Assembly: GCA_965205265.1 (NCBI GenBank)
Contig: CBDBGH010000003.1
Span: 2,176,001 to 2,240,000 of the forward strand
Reading direction: 5' to 3'
Origin: Alphaproteobacteria bacterium
GTDB lineage: Bacteria > Pseudomonadota > Alphaproteobacteria > Bin95
Length of the DNA stretch: 64,000 bases
Shown here: one piece after another, positions 29,398-39,622 of the stretch
How the letters are laid out: each line of letters begins with the position of its first letter
How positions within the stretch are numbered: position 1 is the first letter of the stretch
Program-made: the position numbers and the translations under genes
The notes under the pieces: model-generated
Seen by the model: the letters and a program-made list of their open reading frames with translations, nothing else
The model's database searches: none
Told to the model about the DNA's origin: nothing

Positions 29398-29909
29398 CCG
29401 CGGCCGACCGCGAGGCCGGACCCCGGGAGGCCGAAGACGCCGGGGAGGCGCCTCCGAGCCGGCGGCGGCTGGCGCGCCTCGCCGCCCTCCAGGCGCTCTA
29501 CCAGGCGGAGATGAACCGCGAGACGGCCGAAGCGGTGTCCGCCCAGTTCCTGCGCCACCGCCTCGGCCGGGACATCGAGGGCATCAGGCTCGACGCCGAC
29601 CGGCGCTTCTTCGACCGCCTGCTCCGCTCCGTGGCGGAGCATCGGCGCGACATCGACAACGCGGTCTCGGCGGCGCTCGCCCGGGGTGACGGGCTCGGGC
29701 GGCTGGAGCCGGTGTTGCGCGCCGCGCTCAGGCTGGGAGCGGCCGAACTGCTTTATCAGCCCGACGTGCCGCCGCGCGTCGCGATCCGCGAATATACGGA
29801 CCTTGTGGGCGATTTCTTCGATGAGCCGCAGGCCCGGTTCGCGACCGCCGTGTTCGACCGGATCGCCCACAGCGCGCGGCCCGGCGAACTCGACGGCCCG
29901 GCGGCATGA
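29394..29909 (+). CDS. nusB: Transcription antitermination factor NusB
   Basis: RRRLARLAALQALYQ, LRLGAAEL and VPPRVAIREY motifs; follows ribH; TTG start overlaps the ribH stop. Confidence 0.93.
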   Translation: MTAADREAGPREAEDAGEAPPSRRRLARLAALQALYQAEMNRETAEAVSAQFLRHRLGRDIEGIRLDADRRFFDRLLRSVAEHRRDIDNAVSAALARGDGLGRLEPVLRAALRLGAAELLYQPDVPPRVAIREYTDLVGDFFDEPQARFATAVFDRIAHSARPGELDGPAA

Positions 29910-30796
29910 GCCGGTCGGGCGAATTCGAGCTGATCCGCCGCTTCCTGGCGCCGCTCGCGACCGCCGCCGGCGCGGGCGGGCTGGAGGACGACGCCGCGCT
30001 CATCGACGCGCCCGAGGGCCGGCAACTGGTCGTCACCACGGACACGATGGTCGAGGGCGTGCATTTTCCCGGCGGCGGCCCGCCCGGCCCGATTGCGCGG
30101 CGGCTCCTGCGGAGCAACCTTTCCGACCTCGCCGCCACGGCCGCCAGGCCGGAAGGCTACCTGCTCAACCTCGCCCTTCCCGAACGGATCGACGACCTGT
30201 GGCTGGAAGGCTTCGCAGCCGGCCTCGCCGCGGACCAGGAGGAATTCGGCCTCTCGCTGCTCGGCGGCGACACGGTGGCGACGCCGGGCGCGCTCACGCT
30301 CACCGTTACCGCCTTCGGCTCGGCCGCCGCCCCGGTTCGCCGCTCCGGCGCAAGACCCGGCGAGCGCGTGTTCGTCACCGGGCCCGTCGGCGATGGCTGT
30401 TTCGGGCTGAAGGCCGTCCGGGGCGAACTCGACGCGCCGCGCCTCGCGGACCGCTACTGGCTGCCCACGCCGCGTTTCGGCGCGGCAGAGGACGCCACGG
30501 CGGCGGCCGACATCTCCGACGGGCTCATCGCCGATCTCGGCCATATCTGCCGGGCTTCCGGCGTCGGCGCCGTCATCGACCTCGAGGCGGTGCCGCTCTC
30601 GCCGGAGGTGGCCGCGCTCGGAGCGCAAGCCCGGCTGGAGGCGCTGACCGGCGGCGACGACTACGAGCTGGTGTTCACCGCGCGGGAGAGCGCGGCCATC
30701 CCCGTCGGGCGCATCGTTACGGGCGGGGGCGTAACCGTCCTCGACGCGGCGGGGGAACCCGTCCCGCTCGATCGGCAGGGCTACACGCATGATTGA
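29906..30796 (+). CDS. thiL: Thiamine-monophosphate kinase
   Basis: GEFELI, DDAA, DTMVEGVHF, NLSDLAA, GGDT, DISDGL and GGDDYEL motifs. Confidence 0.96.
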   Translation: MSRSGEFELIRRFLAPLATAAGAGGLEDDAALIDAPEGRQLVVTTDTMVEGVHFPGGGPPGPIARRLLRSNLSDLAATAARPEGYLLNLALPERIDDLWLEGFAAGLAADQEEFGLSLLGGDTVATPGALTLTVTAFGSAAAPVRRSGARPGERVFVTGPVGDGCFGLKAVRGELDAPRLADRYWLPTPRFGAAEDATAAADISDGLIADLGHICRASGVGAVIDLEAVPLSPEVAALGAQARLEALTGGDDYELVFTARESAAIPVGRIVTGGGVTVLDAAGEPVPLDRQGYTHD

Positions 30797-31544
30797 CGCA
30801 ACGGCGCCGGAAACGCTCGCCGCCGTCGCTGCCGCTTTCCTCATCGCCGCTTTCGTCAAGGGGGCGACCGGGCTCGGCTTCTCGACCTGCGCGCTACCGC
30901 TGCTGGCGCTTTCCATCGGCATACGCGAAGCGCTGCCGCTGGTGCTGGCACCGTCCATTGCGAGCAACCTGCTGGTGATGCGCGGGGCGGGCCATTTCCG
31001 CGAGACGGTGCGGCGGTTCTGGCCGCTCTGCCTGGCGGTGCTGCCGGGCATTGCGCTCGGCGTCATGCTTCTGGTCCGGGTCGATCCGCTGGCCGCCGGG
31101 GCCGTTCTCGGGGCGGTGCTTGCGGGCTATGCCGCCTTTGCGCTCGGGCGCCCGGCGCTCATGCTCCCCGCCCGTCTGGAGCGTCCGCTGCAATGGCCCG
31201 TCGGGCTCATCAACGGCGCGGTGAACGGCCTCACCGGCTCGCAGGTGATGCCGCTGCTGCCCTATCTACTGGCGCTGCAGCTGGACCCGAACCGCTTCGT
31301 GCAGGCGATCAACTGCGTCTTCACCTTCTCCAGCCTCGCCATGGCGGCGGGGCTGTCGGAAGCGGGGCTGCTGACCGGCCCGGCGGCCATGGTCTCGGTG
31401 CTGGGCCTGCTGCCGGTCTGGGCGGGGGTGAAGCTCGGCGAGGCACTGCGCCGCCGCCTCCCGGCCGAGACCTTCCGCAAGGCCGTGCTGGCGTTCCTGA
31501 TCCTGCTCGGCGCCATCCTCGCCGCCCGCTTCCTGCTCGGCTGA
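30789..31544 (+). CDS. Sulfite exporter TauE/SafE family membrane protein
   Basis: AAFVKGATGLGF motif, about 8 TM segments, C-terminal FRKAVL. Confidence 0.85.
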   Translation: MIDATAPETLAAVAAAFLIAAFVKGATGLGFSTCALPLLALSIGIREALPLVLAPSIASNLLVMRGAGHFRETVRRFWPLCLAVLPGIALGVMLLVRVDPLAAGAVLGAVLAGYAAFALGRPALMLPARLERPLQWPVGLINGAVNGLTGSQVMPLLPYLLALQLDPNRFVQAINCVFTFSSLAMAAGLSEAGLLTGPAAMVSVLGLLPVWAGVKLGEALRRRLPAETFRKAVLAFLILLGAILAARFLLG

Positions 31545-31623
31545 AATTGCTCAGTATCCGTTTGAGAATTGGCGCCGGGGCGTTTCGAGACAGGGCCGAA
31601 GGCGCTGCCCCGTCCCCTAATAT

Positions 31624-31678
31624 CGTCATGCCCGCAAATCCTAAACCGGACAGCAATGGAACAAGTCCGGGTATGACG
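31624..31678. repeat. Degenerate, internally replaced copy of the CGTC palindromic repeat
   Basis: CGTCATGCCCG ... GGAACAAGTCCGGGTATGACG with an unrelated 23-bp interior. Confidence 0.75.
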
Positions 31679-31770
31679 AAAGGGACGTTGAGATGTGACG
31701 GAAAAATACCGTTGATTTCCCTCGTCAACCTATCTTTGTCATCCCCCAATCTTGCCCTCGACTGCTTGCA

Positions 31771-33219
31771 TTACGCACCCTCGCGAATGACAGTGCGGTA
31801 GATGTCGAGAGCCCGCTCGCGCGCTTGCCCGTGGTCCACGATGGGCCGCGGATACGTCTCGCCGAGCCTTACCCCGGCATCGGCGAGGACGGCCGCCGGC
31901 GCTTCCCAGGGGGCGTGTATCCATTTGTCGGGCAGCAGCCGCAGTTCCGGGAGCCACTTGCGGAGATAGCCGCCTCCGGCGTCGAAGCGCCTGGACTGCG
32001 CGACAGGGTTGAAGATGCGGAAATACGGCGCGGCGTCGGTGCCGCTGCCGGCGACCCATTGCCAGCCGGCGCTGTTGTTGGCGAGGTCGGCATCGACAAG
32101 CGTGTCGAGGAACCATCCGGCGCCGAGCCGCCAGTCGACCAGCAGGTGCTTGGTCAGGAAGGAGGCGGCGATCATCCGCACCCGGTTGTGCATCCAGCCC
32201 GTCGTCCAGAGCTCCCTCATGCCGGCATCGACCAGCGGATAGCCGGTACGGCCGCGCTGCCAGGCCTGCAAACCCTCGGGGTCGTCGCGCCAGGGCATGC
32301 GGTCGAAGGCGCGCTGGAGATTGGCCCTGTCCATGCCGGGATTGTGGAAGAGCAGGTGGTAGCTGAACTCGCGCCAGCCAAGTTGCCGGAGAAAGGCATG
32401 GGCGCCGCTGCCGGGTTCGGCCGGGCCGAGCGCGGCCGCGACCTGCCGGGGGCCGATCTCGCCGAAATGCAGATGCGGCGATAGCCTGCCCGTGCCCTGC
32501 TCCGCCGGGAACTCGCGCCCTTCCGCATAGCCCGAGACGCGCCTGCCCAGGAACTCTTCGAGCCGCGAGCGGGCGCCCGCTTCGCCCGGCCGCCACGCCT
32601 CGCGCAGGCCGGAAGCCCGGTCCGGGGCAGTCGGGCGGAGCCGCCAGCCGGCCAGCTCCTCGCTTGCAGGCCAACGGGCCGGCGGCAACAGGCGCCGCAC
32701 TGCGCCCCAAGCCGGCTCGAAGCCCTGTTTCAGGCAGGCGTGCCAGAAGGGCGTGAACACACGGTAATGCCCGCCCGTCTGCGTGCGAACGGTCCAGGGC
32801 TCGAACAGCAGCGCCGCATTGAACGACCGGGGCGCCAGGCCCGCATCCCGGCACCGCGCCTCCACACCCTCGTCCCGTTCGACAAGGGCCGGTTCGTACA
32901 GCCTGTTCCAGACGATGTCCGCCGCGCCGGTTTCCTTCGCCAGCGCGGTAATCGCCTCACCGACAGGACCGCTGCGCAGGACCAGCCGGCTGCCGAGGCG
33001 CGCGAGGCTGCCGCCGAGCGCGCCCAGGCTTCCATGCAGCCACCATTGCGACGCCCCGCCCCTCCGGCGCTCCTTGTCGTCCAGCAGGAAGAAGGGAATG
33101 ACCGGCCGGCCCGTCTGCGAGGCCCAGGCAAGCGCGGGATTGTCGGCAAGCCGGAGATCGCGCCGGAACCACATGAGCACCGGGCCGCTGCGGCGTTCAT
33201 CGCGGTCCACCAAAGCCAT
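31771..33219 (-). CDS. phrB: Deoxyribodipyrimidine photolyase (class I CPD photolyase)
   Basis: WFRRDLRLADNPAL, LSPHLHFGEI, WREF, TGYPLVDAGMREL, MHNRVRM and DAAPYFRIFNP motifs. Confidence 0.95.
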   Translation of the reverse strand: MALVDRDERRSGPVLMWFRRDLRLADNPALAWASQTGRPVIPFFLLDDKERRRGGASQWWLHGSLGALGGSLARLGSRLVLRSGPVGEAITALAKETGAADIVWNRLYEPALVERDEGVEARCRDAGLAPRSFNAALLFEPWTVRTQTGGHYRVFTPFWHACLKQGFEPAWGAVRRLLPPARWPASEELAGWRLRPTAPDRASGLREAWRPGEAGARSRLEEFLGRRVSGYAEGREFPAEQGTGRLSPHLHFGEIGPRQVAAALGPAEPGSGAHAFLRQLGWREFSYHLLFHNPGMDRANLQRAFDRMPWRDDPEGLQAWQRGRTGYPLVDAGMRELWTTGWMHNRVRMIAASFLTKHLLVDWRLGAGWFLDTLVDADLANNSAGWQWVAGSGTDAAPYFRIFNPVAQSRRFDAGGGYLRKWLPELRLLPDKWIHAPWEAPAAVLADAGVRLGETYPRPIVDHGQARERALDIYRTVIREGA

Positions 33220-33333
33220 TCTCCCTTCCGGCGCGCCTGTCCCCGGCGGCCGGGCGCGCGGCGGTCCATGCCGCCGCCGACCGGCTCTATAATGCTTTCG
33301 CAATTCGTAAGGACAGGGAAGAGACAGCCCGTC

Positions 33334-34869
33334 ATGCCCGGACGCTTTCGCCCGCTCGCTTTTGCCGTTGCGCTTCTGGCTCTCATCCCGGCCGTCTGGA
33401 CGCATGCGAGTGCCGAGCCGCTGTCCATAACGCTCGTGCATGTCAACGACTGGGACCGGATGGAGGGCGTGGACGGCCGGGGCGGCGCGGCGAAGATTGC
33501 GACGGTCGTTGCCGAAGAGCGCGCCCGCGCCGAAAAGGCGGGCGGGCTCGTCATCGCCACCTTCGGCGGCGATATGATCTCGCCCTCCCTGCTCTCCGGG
33601 CTGGATAGGGGCGAACACATGATCGAGCTTGCGAACGCCATCGGGTTCGATATCGCGGTGCTCGGCAACCACGAATTCGATTTCGGCCCGGAAGTCCTCA
33701 AGGAGCGGCTCGAACAGTCGGAGACGGCCTGGCTCGCCGGCAATGTCCGCTACCGCGGCGAGCCGGGCTTTCCCGGAGCCGGGACCGTGAAAGTCGTCGA
33801 GCATGGCGGATACCGGATCGGGTTTCTCGGCCTGGTCACGCCGGAAACCGCGAATATCTCGTCTCCGGGCAGGGATGTCGCCTTCGCCCCCTTCGTCGAA
33901 ACGGGCGCCGCCCTTGCCGCCGAACTGAGAGAGGCCGGAGCCGACCTTGTGGTCGCGCTGACCCACAACAACATGGCACAGGATCTGGAGCTTCTGCGCG
34001 TGTCGAGCGGGATCGACGCCGTTCTCGGCGGCCACGACCATCTGGCCGTCGCCTGGTACGACGGGCGGCAAACGGTCCTGAAGGCCGGTTCGCAGGGCGT
34101 CCATGTCGGCGTGCTCAGGCTGACGCTCGACCGTGTCGAAGACCGGCGCGGCAATCTCCGGCCGGTCTGGACGCCGGATTACGAACTGCGTTCGACCGAA
34201 GGCGTGAAGGACCAGCCTGCGCTCGCCGCCGCTGTCGAGAAGCGCCGGAAGCAGCTCGACAGCAGCCTGGGCATTGCGGTCGGCAGGACGACGACCGAAC
34301 TGGATACGCGCCGCGCGTCGGTGCGTTCGGGCGAGACCGCCTTCGGCAATCTGGTGGCGGACGCCATGCGCATCGCCGTCGGAGCGGACATCGCGCTGAC
34401 CAATGGCGGCGGCATTCGCGGGGATACCGTCTATCCCGCGGGCTCCGACATCACGGGCAAGCTGGTGCTGACGGAACTGCCGTTCGGGAACAGGACCGTG
34501 AAGCTCGCCCTCACCGGCGCCGTGGTCCGCGAAGCCCTTGAGCACGGCGTCGCCGGGGTCGAAAACGCCAGCGGGCAGTTTCCGCATGTGTCGGGACTGA
34601 GGTTCTCGTTCGATGCGAGCCGGCCGAAGGGCGGGCGGGTCGTCGAGATACTCATCGGCGATGCGCCGCTGGAGCCGGAGAAGACCTATACGCTCGCGAC
34701 CAACGACTTCCTCGCCGGGGGCGGGGACGGCTACGCCATGTTCGAGGAAGCCGAGCGGCGCATCGGCGCGAAGGACGGCTCCTTCATGGCGGCGCATGTG
34801 ATGGAGTTCCTCGAGACCGTCGGCACGGTCTCCCCGGCCGTCGAGGGGCGAGTCACCCGGCTGGACTGA
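33334..34869 (+). CDS. Periplasmic 5'-nucleotidase / UDP-sugar hydrolase (UshA family)
   Basis: Signal peptide; HVND, GGD, GNHEFD, GGHDH, NGGGIRG, LPFGN and FLAGGGDGY motifs. Confidence 0.92.
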   Translation: MPGRFRPLAFAVALLALIPAVWTHASAEPLSITLVHVNDWDRMEGVDGRGGAAKIATVVAEERARAEKAGGLVIATFGGDMISPSLLSGLDRGEHMIELANAIGFDIAVLGNHEFDFGPEVLKERLEQSETAWLAGNVRYRGEPGFPGAGTVKVVEHGGYRIGFLGLVTPETANISSPGRDVAFAPFVETGAALAAELREAGADLVVALTHNNMAQDLELLRVSSGIDAVLGGHDHLAVAWYDGRQTVLKAGSQGVHVGVLRLTLDRVEDRRGNLRPVWTPDYELRSTEGVKDQPALAAAVEKRRKQLDSSLGIAVGRTTTELDTRRASVRSGETAFGNLVADAMRIAVGADIALTNGGGIRGDTVYPAGSDITGKLVLTELPFGNRTVKLALTGAVVREALEHGVAGVENASGQFPHVSGLRFSFDASRPKGGRVVEILIGDAPLEPEKTYTLATNDFLAGGGDGYAMFEEAERRIGAKDGSFMAAHVMEFLETVGTVSPAVEGRVTRLD

Positions 34870-35078
34870 ACGCGGGCCCGGCGCGGCGGCAAGGCCCGAT
34901 TTTTCGCACGGATGCGATTTTCAGCTTCCGCCCTGCGCCCGAACGGAGGATGATGCGTCCGGCTGGACAAGGAAGCGCGGCGGGCCGACGGACGCCGGCG
35001 CGAGTCCTGCAATGTTCATTTGCGGCGCGCGGCGTCGAGGCGCCGCGCAGAGGTCCGCAGAACGGGAGAACGGAACCC

Positions 35079-36119
35079 ATGATGTCACGCTGTCTTCGCC
35101 TTCTCCGACCGAGCCGCGGAGGCGCCGCGCTCTTCTCGGCCGCCGCACTTGCGCTCTCGGCCCATGCCGCAGCCGCGGAAACCGCGGTCAAGTTTGCGCT
35201 CGACTGGAAATTCGAAGGGCCGTCGGCCCCCTATTTCGTCGCCATAGACAATGGCTACTACGCCGATGCAGGGCTGGACGTCACCATCGACTCGGGCCCG
35301 GGCTCCGTGAAGGGCATCACGCGCATCGCCGCCGGGACCTATCCCATCGGCTTCATGGACATCAACTCGCTGGCGAAGTTCCTCGACCAGAACCCGGGCG
35401 CGCCCGTGACCGCCGTTCTGATGGTCTATAACCGCCCGCCCTTCGCCATCGTCTCGACGACCGAGCGCGGCGTGCTCAAGCCCAAGGACCTCGAAGGCCG
35501 CATCCTCGGTGCGCCGGCGCCGGACGGGGCCTACGCCCAGTGGAAAGCCTTCGTGAAGGAGAACGGCATCGACGCCTCCAAGGTGCAGATCGAGAATGTC
35601 GGCTTCCCGGTGCGCGAGCCGATGCTGGCCCGCGGCGAAGTCGATGCGATCACCGGCTATTCCTTCTCGTCCCACTTCAACCTGATCCGCAACGGCATCG
35701 CGCCCGAGGACGTGAAGGTCATGATGATGGCCGACTACGGGCTGCAGCTCTACGGGAATGCGATCATGGTCAACACGGACTACGCCGAGGCGAATCCGGA
35801 TGTCATCAAGGGCTTCGTCGCCGCCACCATCAAGGGCGTGCAGGCCGCCGTTGCGGATCCCGAAACCGCGATCAAGTCGGTGATGAAGCGCAACGAGATC
35901 GCCGATGAGTCGCTTGAGCTGGCGCGGCTCAAGATGGCGATCCGCGACAATATCGTGACCGACGAGGTGAAGAAGAACGGCTTCGGCGGCGTGGACGCGG
36001 CGAGGCTGGCGATGTCGCTCGACCAGATCGGCGTCACCTACGAGTTCACCAACCGACCGGAGCCCTCGGCGGTCTTCGATTCGTCCTACCTGCCTCCCGC
36101 GGCGGACCGCCAGCTTTAG
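35079..36119 (+). CDS. NitT/TauT family ABC transporter substrate-binding protein (NMT1/THI5-like)
   Basis: Signal peptide; FALDWKFEGP and GYYADAGLDVTI motifs; operon with an ATPase and a permease. Confidence 0.9.
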   Translation: MMSRCLRLLRPSRGGAALFSAAALALSAHAAAAETAVKFALDWKFEGPSAPYFVAIDNGYYADAGLDVTIDSGPGSVKGITRIAAGTYPIGFMDINSLAKFLDQNPGAPVTAVLMVYNRPPFAIVSTTERGVLKPKDLEGRILGAPAPDGAYAQWKAFVKENGIDASKVQIENVGFPVREPMLARGEVDAITGYSFSSHFNLIRNGIAPEDVKVMMMADYGLQLYGNAIMVNTDYAEANPDVIKGFVAATIKGVQAAVADPETAIKSVMKRNEIADESLELARLKMAIRDNIVTDEVKKNGFGGVDAARLAMSLDQIGVTYEFTNRPEPSAVFDSSYLPPAADRQL

Positions 36120-36157
36120 CGCCCGGCCGGACGCCCGCCAAAGGGGGAGGACGCGCC

Positions 36158-36937
36158 ATCGTCATTGTCGAGGACGTGACCCTCACCTATGCGGGCGCTT
36201 CCGGCGGAGGCGTCACCGCGGTTCGGGGGCTGGACCTGAATGTCGAGCGGGGCGCCTTCGCCGCCGTGGTCGGCCCGTCGGGGTGCGGCAAGTCCACACT
36301 GATGAAGCTCGCCACCGGCCTCGTCCGGCCGACCGCCGGGCGCATAGCGGTGGACGGGGCCGCTGTGGAGGGGCCCGTCAAGATCGCCGGCATGGCCTTC
36401 CAGAACGCCAATCTGCTGCCCTGGCGGACCATCCGGGACAATGTCCTGCTGCCGCTGGAGATCGTCGAGCCGCACCGCCGGCGTTTCCGCAGAAACAAGG
36501 CCGAATACGCCGAGCGCGCGGACAGGCTGCTCGCCCTGGTCGGGCTCGACGGCTTCGCCGAACGCTTTCCCTGGGAACTTTCGGGCGGCATGCAGCAGCG
36601 GACCTCGCTCTGCCGGGCGCTCATCCACGAACCGGCGCTCCTGATGCTGGACGAGCCTTTCGCAGCCCTCGACGCCTTCACCCGCGAGGAGCTCTGGTGC
36701 GTGCTGCGCGACCTCTGGGCGCGAATCGGCTTCACCGTGATTCTCGTCACGCACGACCTCAGGGAAGCCGCGTTCCTCGCCGACACGGTCCATGTGATGA
36801 GCGCGCGGCCGGGCCGGATCGTGGCCTCCCGCGCCATCGACCTGCCGAGACCGCGCGAGCTCGATGTCTGCTTCGAGCCCGAGTTCGTGGATATCGTGCA
36901 TGACCTGCGCAGCCGCATCTCCGAGGTCCGGCAATGA
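36158..36937 (+). CDS. NitT/TauT family ABC transporter ATP-binding protein (first canonical start GTG 36176)
   Basis: GPSGCGKS, LLPWRT, LSGGMQQR, DEPF and VTHD motifs. Confidence 0.93.
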   Translation: MVIVEDVTLTYAGASGGGVTAVRGLDLNVERGAFAAVVGPSGCGKSTLMKLATGLVRPTAGRIAVDGAAVEGPVKIAGMAFQNANLLPWRTIRDNVLLPLEIVEPHRRRFRRNKAEYAERADRLLALVGLDGFAERFPWELSGGMQQRTSLCRALIHEPALLMLDEPFAALDAFTREELWCVLRDLWARIGFTVILVTHDLREAAFLADTVHVMSARPGRIVASRAIDLPRPRELDVCFEPEFVDIVHDLRSRISEVRQ

Positions 36938-37710
36938 CGCCGGTGTCGTTCTTCGAACGGACGGCCCCGTTCGCGTTCACGCTCGGCCTGTTCGTCTTCT
37001 GGGAGGCGGTCTGCCAGATCTTCGGCGTCAATCCGATCATCCTGCCCGCGCCTTCCGCCATAGTCGAGGCCACGGTAACGCATTGGAAACCGCTGCTCCG
37101 GCATTCGGGGGCGACCATGTGGACGACGCTTGCCGGTTTCGCGATCGCGGTCGCTTTCGGCGTCGTCCTCGGCATGATCGTCGGCTGGTCGCGGACGATC
37201 TACCGGGGGCTCTACCCGGTTATGGTCGGCTTCAACTCCATCCCCAAGGTCGCGGTGGTGCCGATCCTGGTCATCTGGTTCGGCATCGGCGAAATCCCGG
37301 CGATCCTGACCGCCTTCCTGATTTCCTTCTTTCCCATCGTGGTGAATGTCGCGACGGGGCTCGCCACCACGGAGCCCGAACTGGAAGACGTGCTGAGGGC
37401 GCTCGGGGCGCGCAAGCTGGACATCATCCTCAAGGTCGGCATCCCCCGCGCCCAGCCCTATTTCTACGGTTCGCTGAAGGTCGCGATCACGCTCGCTTTC
37501 GTCGGCTCGGTCGTCTCCGAGACCATCGCCGCGAATTCCGGCATCGGCTACCTGATGAGCGTCGCCGGCACCAACTTCCAGATGCCGCTCGTCTTCGCCG
37601 GGCTGATCGCGCTCGCCATAGAAGGCATCGCCATGTATGCGCTGTTCGCCTTCATCGAGATGCGCACCACCCGCTGGGCGTTCCGCTCCTCCTTCGCCGC
37701 CGGCGGCTGA
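36934..37710 (+). CDS. NitT/TauT family ABC transporter permease
   Basis: ILPAPS, SIPKVAVVP, FFPIVVN and GIGYL motifs. Confidence 0.92.
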   Translation: MTPVSFFERTAPFAFTLGLFVFWEAVCQIFGVNPIILPAPSAIVEATVTHWKPLLRHSGATMWTTLAGFAIAVAFGVVLGMIVGWSRTIYRGLYPVMVGFNSIPKVAVVPILVIWFGIGEIPAILTAFLISFFPIVVNVATGLATTEPELEDVLRALGARKLDIILKVGIPRAQPYFYGSLKVAITLAFVGSVVSETIAANSGIGYLMSVAGTNFQMPLVFAGLIALAIEGIAMYALFAFIEMRTTRWAFRSSFAAGG

Positions 37711-37808
37711 GGGAACGCCCAAGGCTGTCTGCGGACTTTGGCGGATAATACCAGCGGCGGCATGTCACGACTCATCGCGAAAGCTGGGCGCGCCCGGTCC
37801 CCCTTCGG

Positions 37809-37923
37809 CATCACCCCGGCCGGAATGGAGCGAAGCGGAGTGGAGAGCCGGGGTCTTCCCGCGGTGCTACCCCAAATGCGGGAGGTCCCGGATCGACGCT
37901 GACGCGCCGTCCGGGACGACGAC
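37809..37923. repeat. Second class of REP-like palindromic element (two hairpin arms)
   Basis: TCACCCCGGC...GAGCGAAGCG...GCCGGGGTC, then GGTCCCGGATC...GTCCGGGACGAC. Confidence 0.6.
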
Positions 37924-38006
37924 AGGGGCTTGTCGGTCCTTGCTTGCGGCGCTGGTATCGCCGACCGCCGGTATCGTGTTCCTCGGTACGGAAAGTGGGG
38001 TTTGCA

Positions 38007-38243
38007 ATGATCGAGTCCGCCATAACCTCGAAAGGTCGGACGACTCTGCCAAAGGCCGTGCGCGAAGCGCTCGGGGTCTCGTCCGGGGACCGTTTACGCT
38101 ATGTCATCATGGATAATGGCAACGTGCGCCTGTTGCCTGTCCAACGGCTTTCCGAACTTTTCGGCATGCTCGCATATGACGGTCCGCCGGTGACGCTTGA
38201 GGATATGGACCGGGCCGTCGCCGAAGGGGCATGCGACAACTGA
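38007..38243 (+). CDS. AbrB/MazE/SpoVT-family antitoxin-like DNA-binding protein (orphan)
   Basis: [27 protein letters not shown] motif; C-terminal [10 protein letters not shown]. Confidence 0.88.
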   Translation: MIESAITSKGRTTLPKAVREALGVSSGDRLRYVIMDNGNVRLLPVQRLSELFGMLAYDGPPVTLEDMDRAVAEGACDN

Positions 38244-38301
38244 TCGGACACGCCGCGTTTTCCTCTCGACAAGGGCAGCGCCCGGTCCCAAATTGCGAGC
38301 C

Positions 38302-39291
38302 ATGTACACGCAGGGATTGAACCAGTCGGTCGAGGAGGGCGGACCCGAGGATGCGGAACTGCTGGCCCGCTTCCAGGCGAAGATCGACCGCGAGGAGAAG
38401 ATCGAGCCGAACGACTGGATGCCGGCGGCCTACCGGCAGACGCTGATCCGCCAGATCAGCCAGCACGCCCATTCCGAGATCGTCGGCATGCTGCCGGAGG
38501 GCAACTGGCTGACGCGCGCGCCGAGCCTGCGCCGCAAGGCGATCCTGCTCGCCAAGGTGCAGGACGAGGGCGGGCACGGCCTCTATCTCTACGCGGCGGC
38601 GGAAACGCTCGGCATTTCGCGGGCGGAAATGGTGGAACGCCTGCTGGACGGCCGGGCGCGCTACTCCTCGATCTTCAACTACCCGACGATCACCTGGGCG
38701 GATATCGGCGCGGTCGGCTGGTTGGTGGACGGGGCGGCGATCATGAACCAGATCCCGCTCTGCCGCTGCTCCTACGGCCCCTATGCGCGCGCGATGATCC
38801 GCATCTGCAAGGAGGAGAGCTTCCACCAGCGCCAGGGCTACGAGGCCATTTCCCGCCTCGCAGGGGGAACGGCGGCGCAGAAGCGCATGGCCCAGGACGC
38901 GCTCGACCGCTGGTGGTGGCCGTCGCTGATGATGTTCGGCCCCTCGGACGCCGACTCGCCGCACACCTCGCGCTCCATGCGCTGGAAAATCAAGCGCTTC
39001 ACCAATGACGAGCTGCGGCAGAAATTCGTGGACGCCACGGTCCCGCAGGCGCGGCTGATCGGCCTGGAGCCGCCGGACCCCGAGCTCCGCTGGGACGAGG
39101 AGAGCGGCCACTGGCGCTTCGGCGAGATCGACTGGACCGAGTTCAACGAAGTGCTGGCGGGCAACGGGCCCTGCAACCGCGAGCGCATGGCCGCGCGCCG
39201 CAAGGCCCATGCCGACGGCGCCTGGGTGCGCGACGCCGCGACCGCCCACGCGCGCAGGAAGCAGGCGCGCGCCGCCGCGGCGGCGGAATAG
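38302..39291 (+). CDS. paaA: Phenylacetyl-CoA epoxidase subunit A
   Basis: [23 protein letters not shown] and [13 protein letters not shown] motifs. Confidence 0.97.
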   Translation: MYTQGLNQSVEEGGPEDAELLARFQAKIDREEKIEPNDWMPAAYRQTLIRQISQHAHSEIVGMLPEGNWLTRAPSLRRKAILLAKVQDEGGHGLYLYAAAETLGISRAEMVERLLDGRARYSSIFNYPTITWADIGAVGWLVDGAAIMNQIPLCRCSYGPYARAMIRICKEESFHQRQGYEAISRLAGGTAAQKRMAQDALDRWWWPSLMMFGPSDADSPHTSRSMRWKIKRFTNDELRQKFVDATVPQARLIGLEPPDPELRWDEESGHWRFGEIDWTEFNEVLAGNGPCNRERMAARRKAHADGAWVRDAATAHARRKQARAAAAAE

Positions 39292-39310
39292 CGCCCGGCG
39301 GACGGAGCGC

Positions 39311-39622
39311 ATGTCGGACGGCGAGAGAAGAGGCGGGAACGAGCGGGACTGGCCGCTGTTCGAGGTGTTCATCCGCGCCCGCACCGGGCTGCACCACCGC
39401 CATTGCGGCTCGCTGCATGCGGCCGACCCCGAAATGGCGCTCGCCCGCGCGCGCGATGTCTATACAAGGCGCGGCGAGGGCACGAGCATCTGGGTCGTCC
39501 CGTCGGACCGCATCCACGCTTCCGACCCCGCCGACAAGGACATGCTGTTCGAGCCGGCGATGTCGAAGATCTACCGCCATCCGAGCTTTTACGACCTCCC
39601 CGACGACGTCGAGAACATGTAG
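39311..39622 (+). CDS. paaB: Phenylacetyl-CoA epoxidase subunit B
   Basis: WPLFEVFIR, GSLHAAD, ARDVYTRR, SIWVV and KIYRHP motifs. Confidence 0.96.
   Translation: MSDGERRGGNERDWPLFEVFIRARTGLHHRHCGSLHAADPEMALARARDVYTRRGEGTSIWVVPSDRIHASDPADKDMLFEPAMSKIYRHPSFYDLPDDVENM

Noticed and set aside
33330-33343. 14-bp match to the REP arm (CGTCATGCCCGGAC) at the 5'-nucleotidase start codon
   Set aside because: No partner arm; chance cannot be excluded
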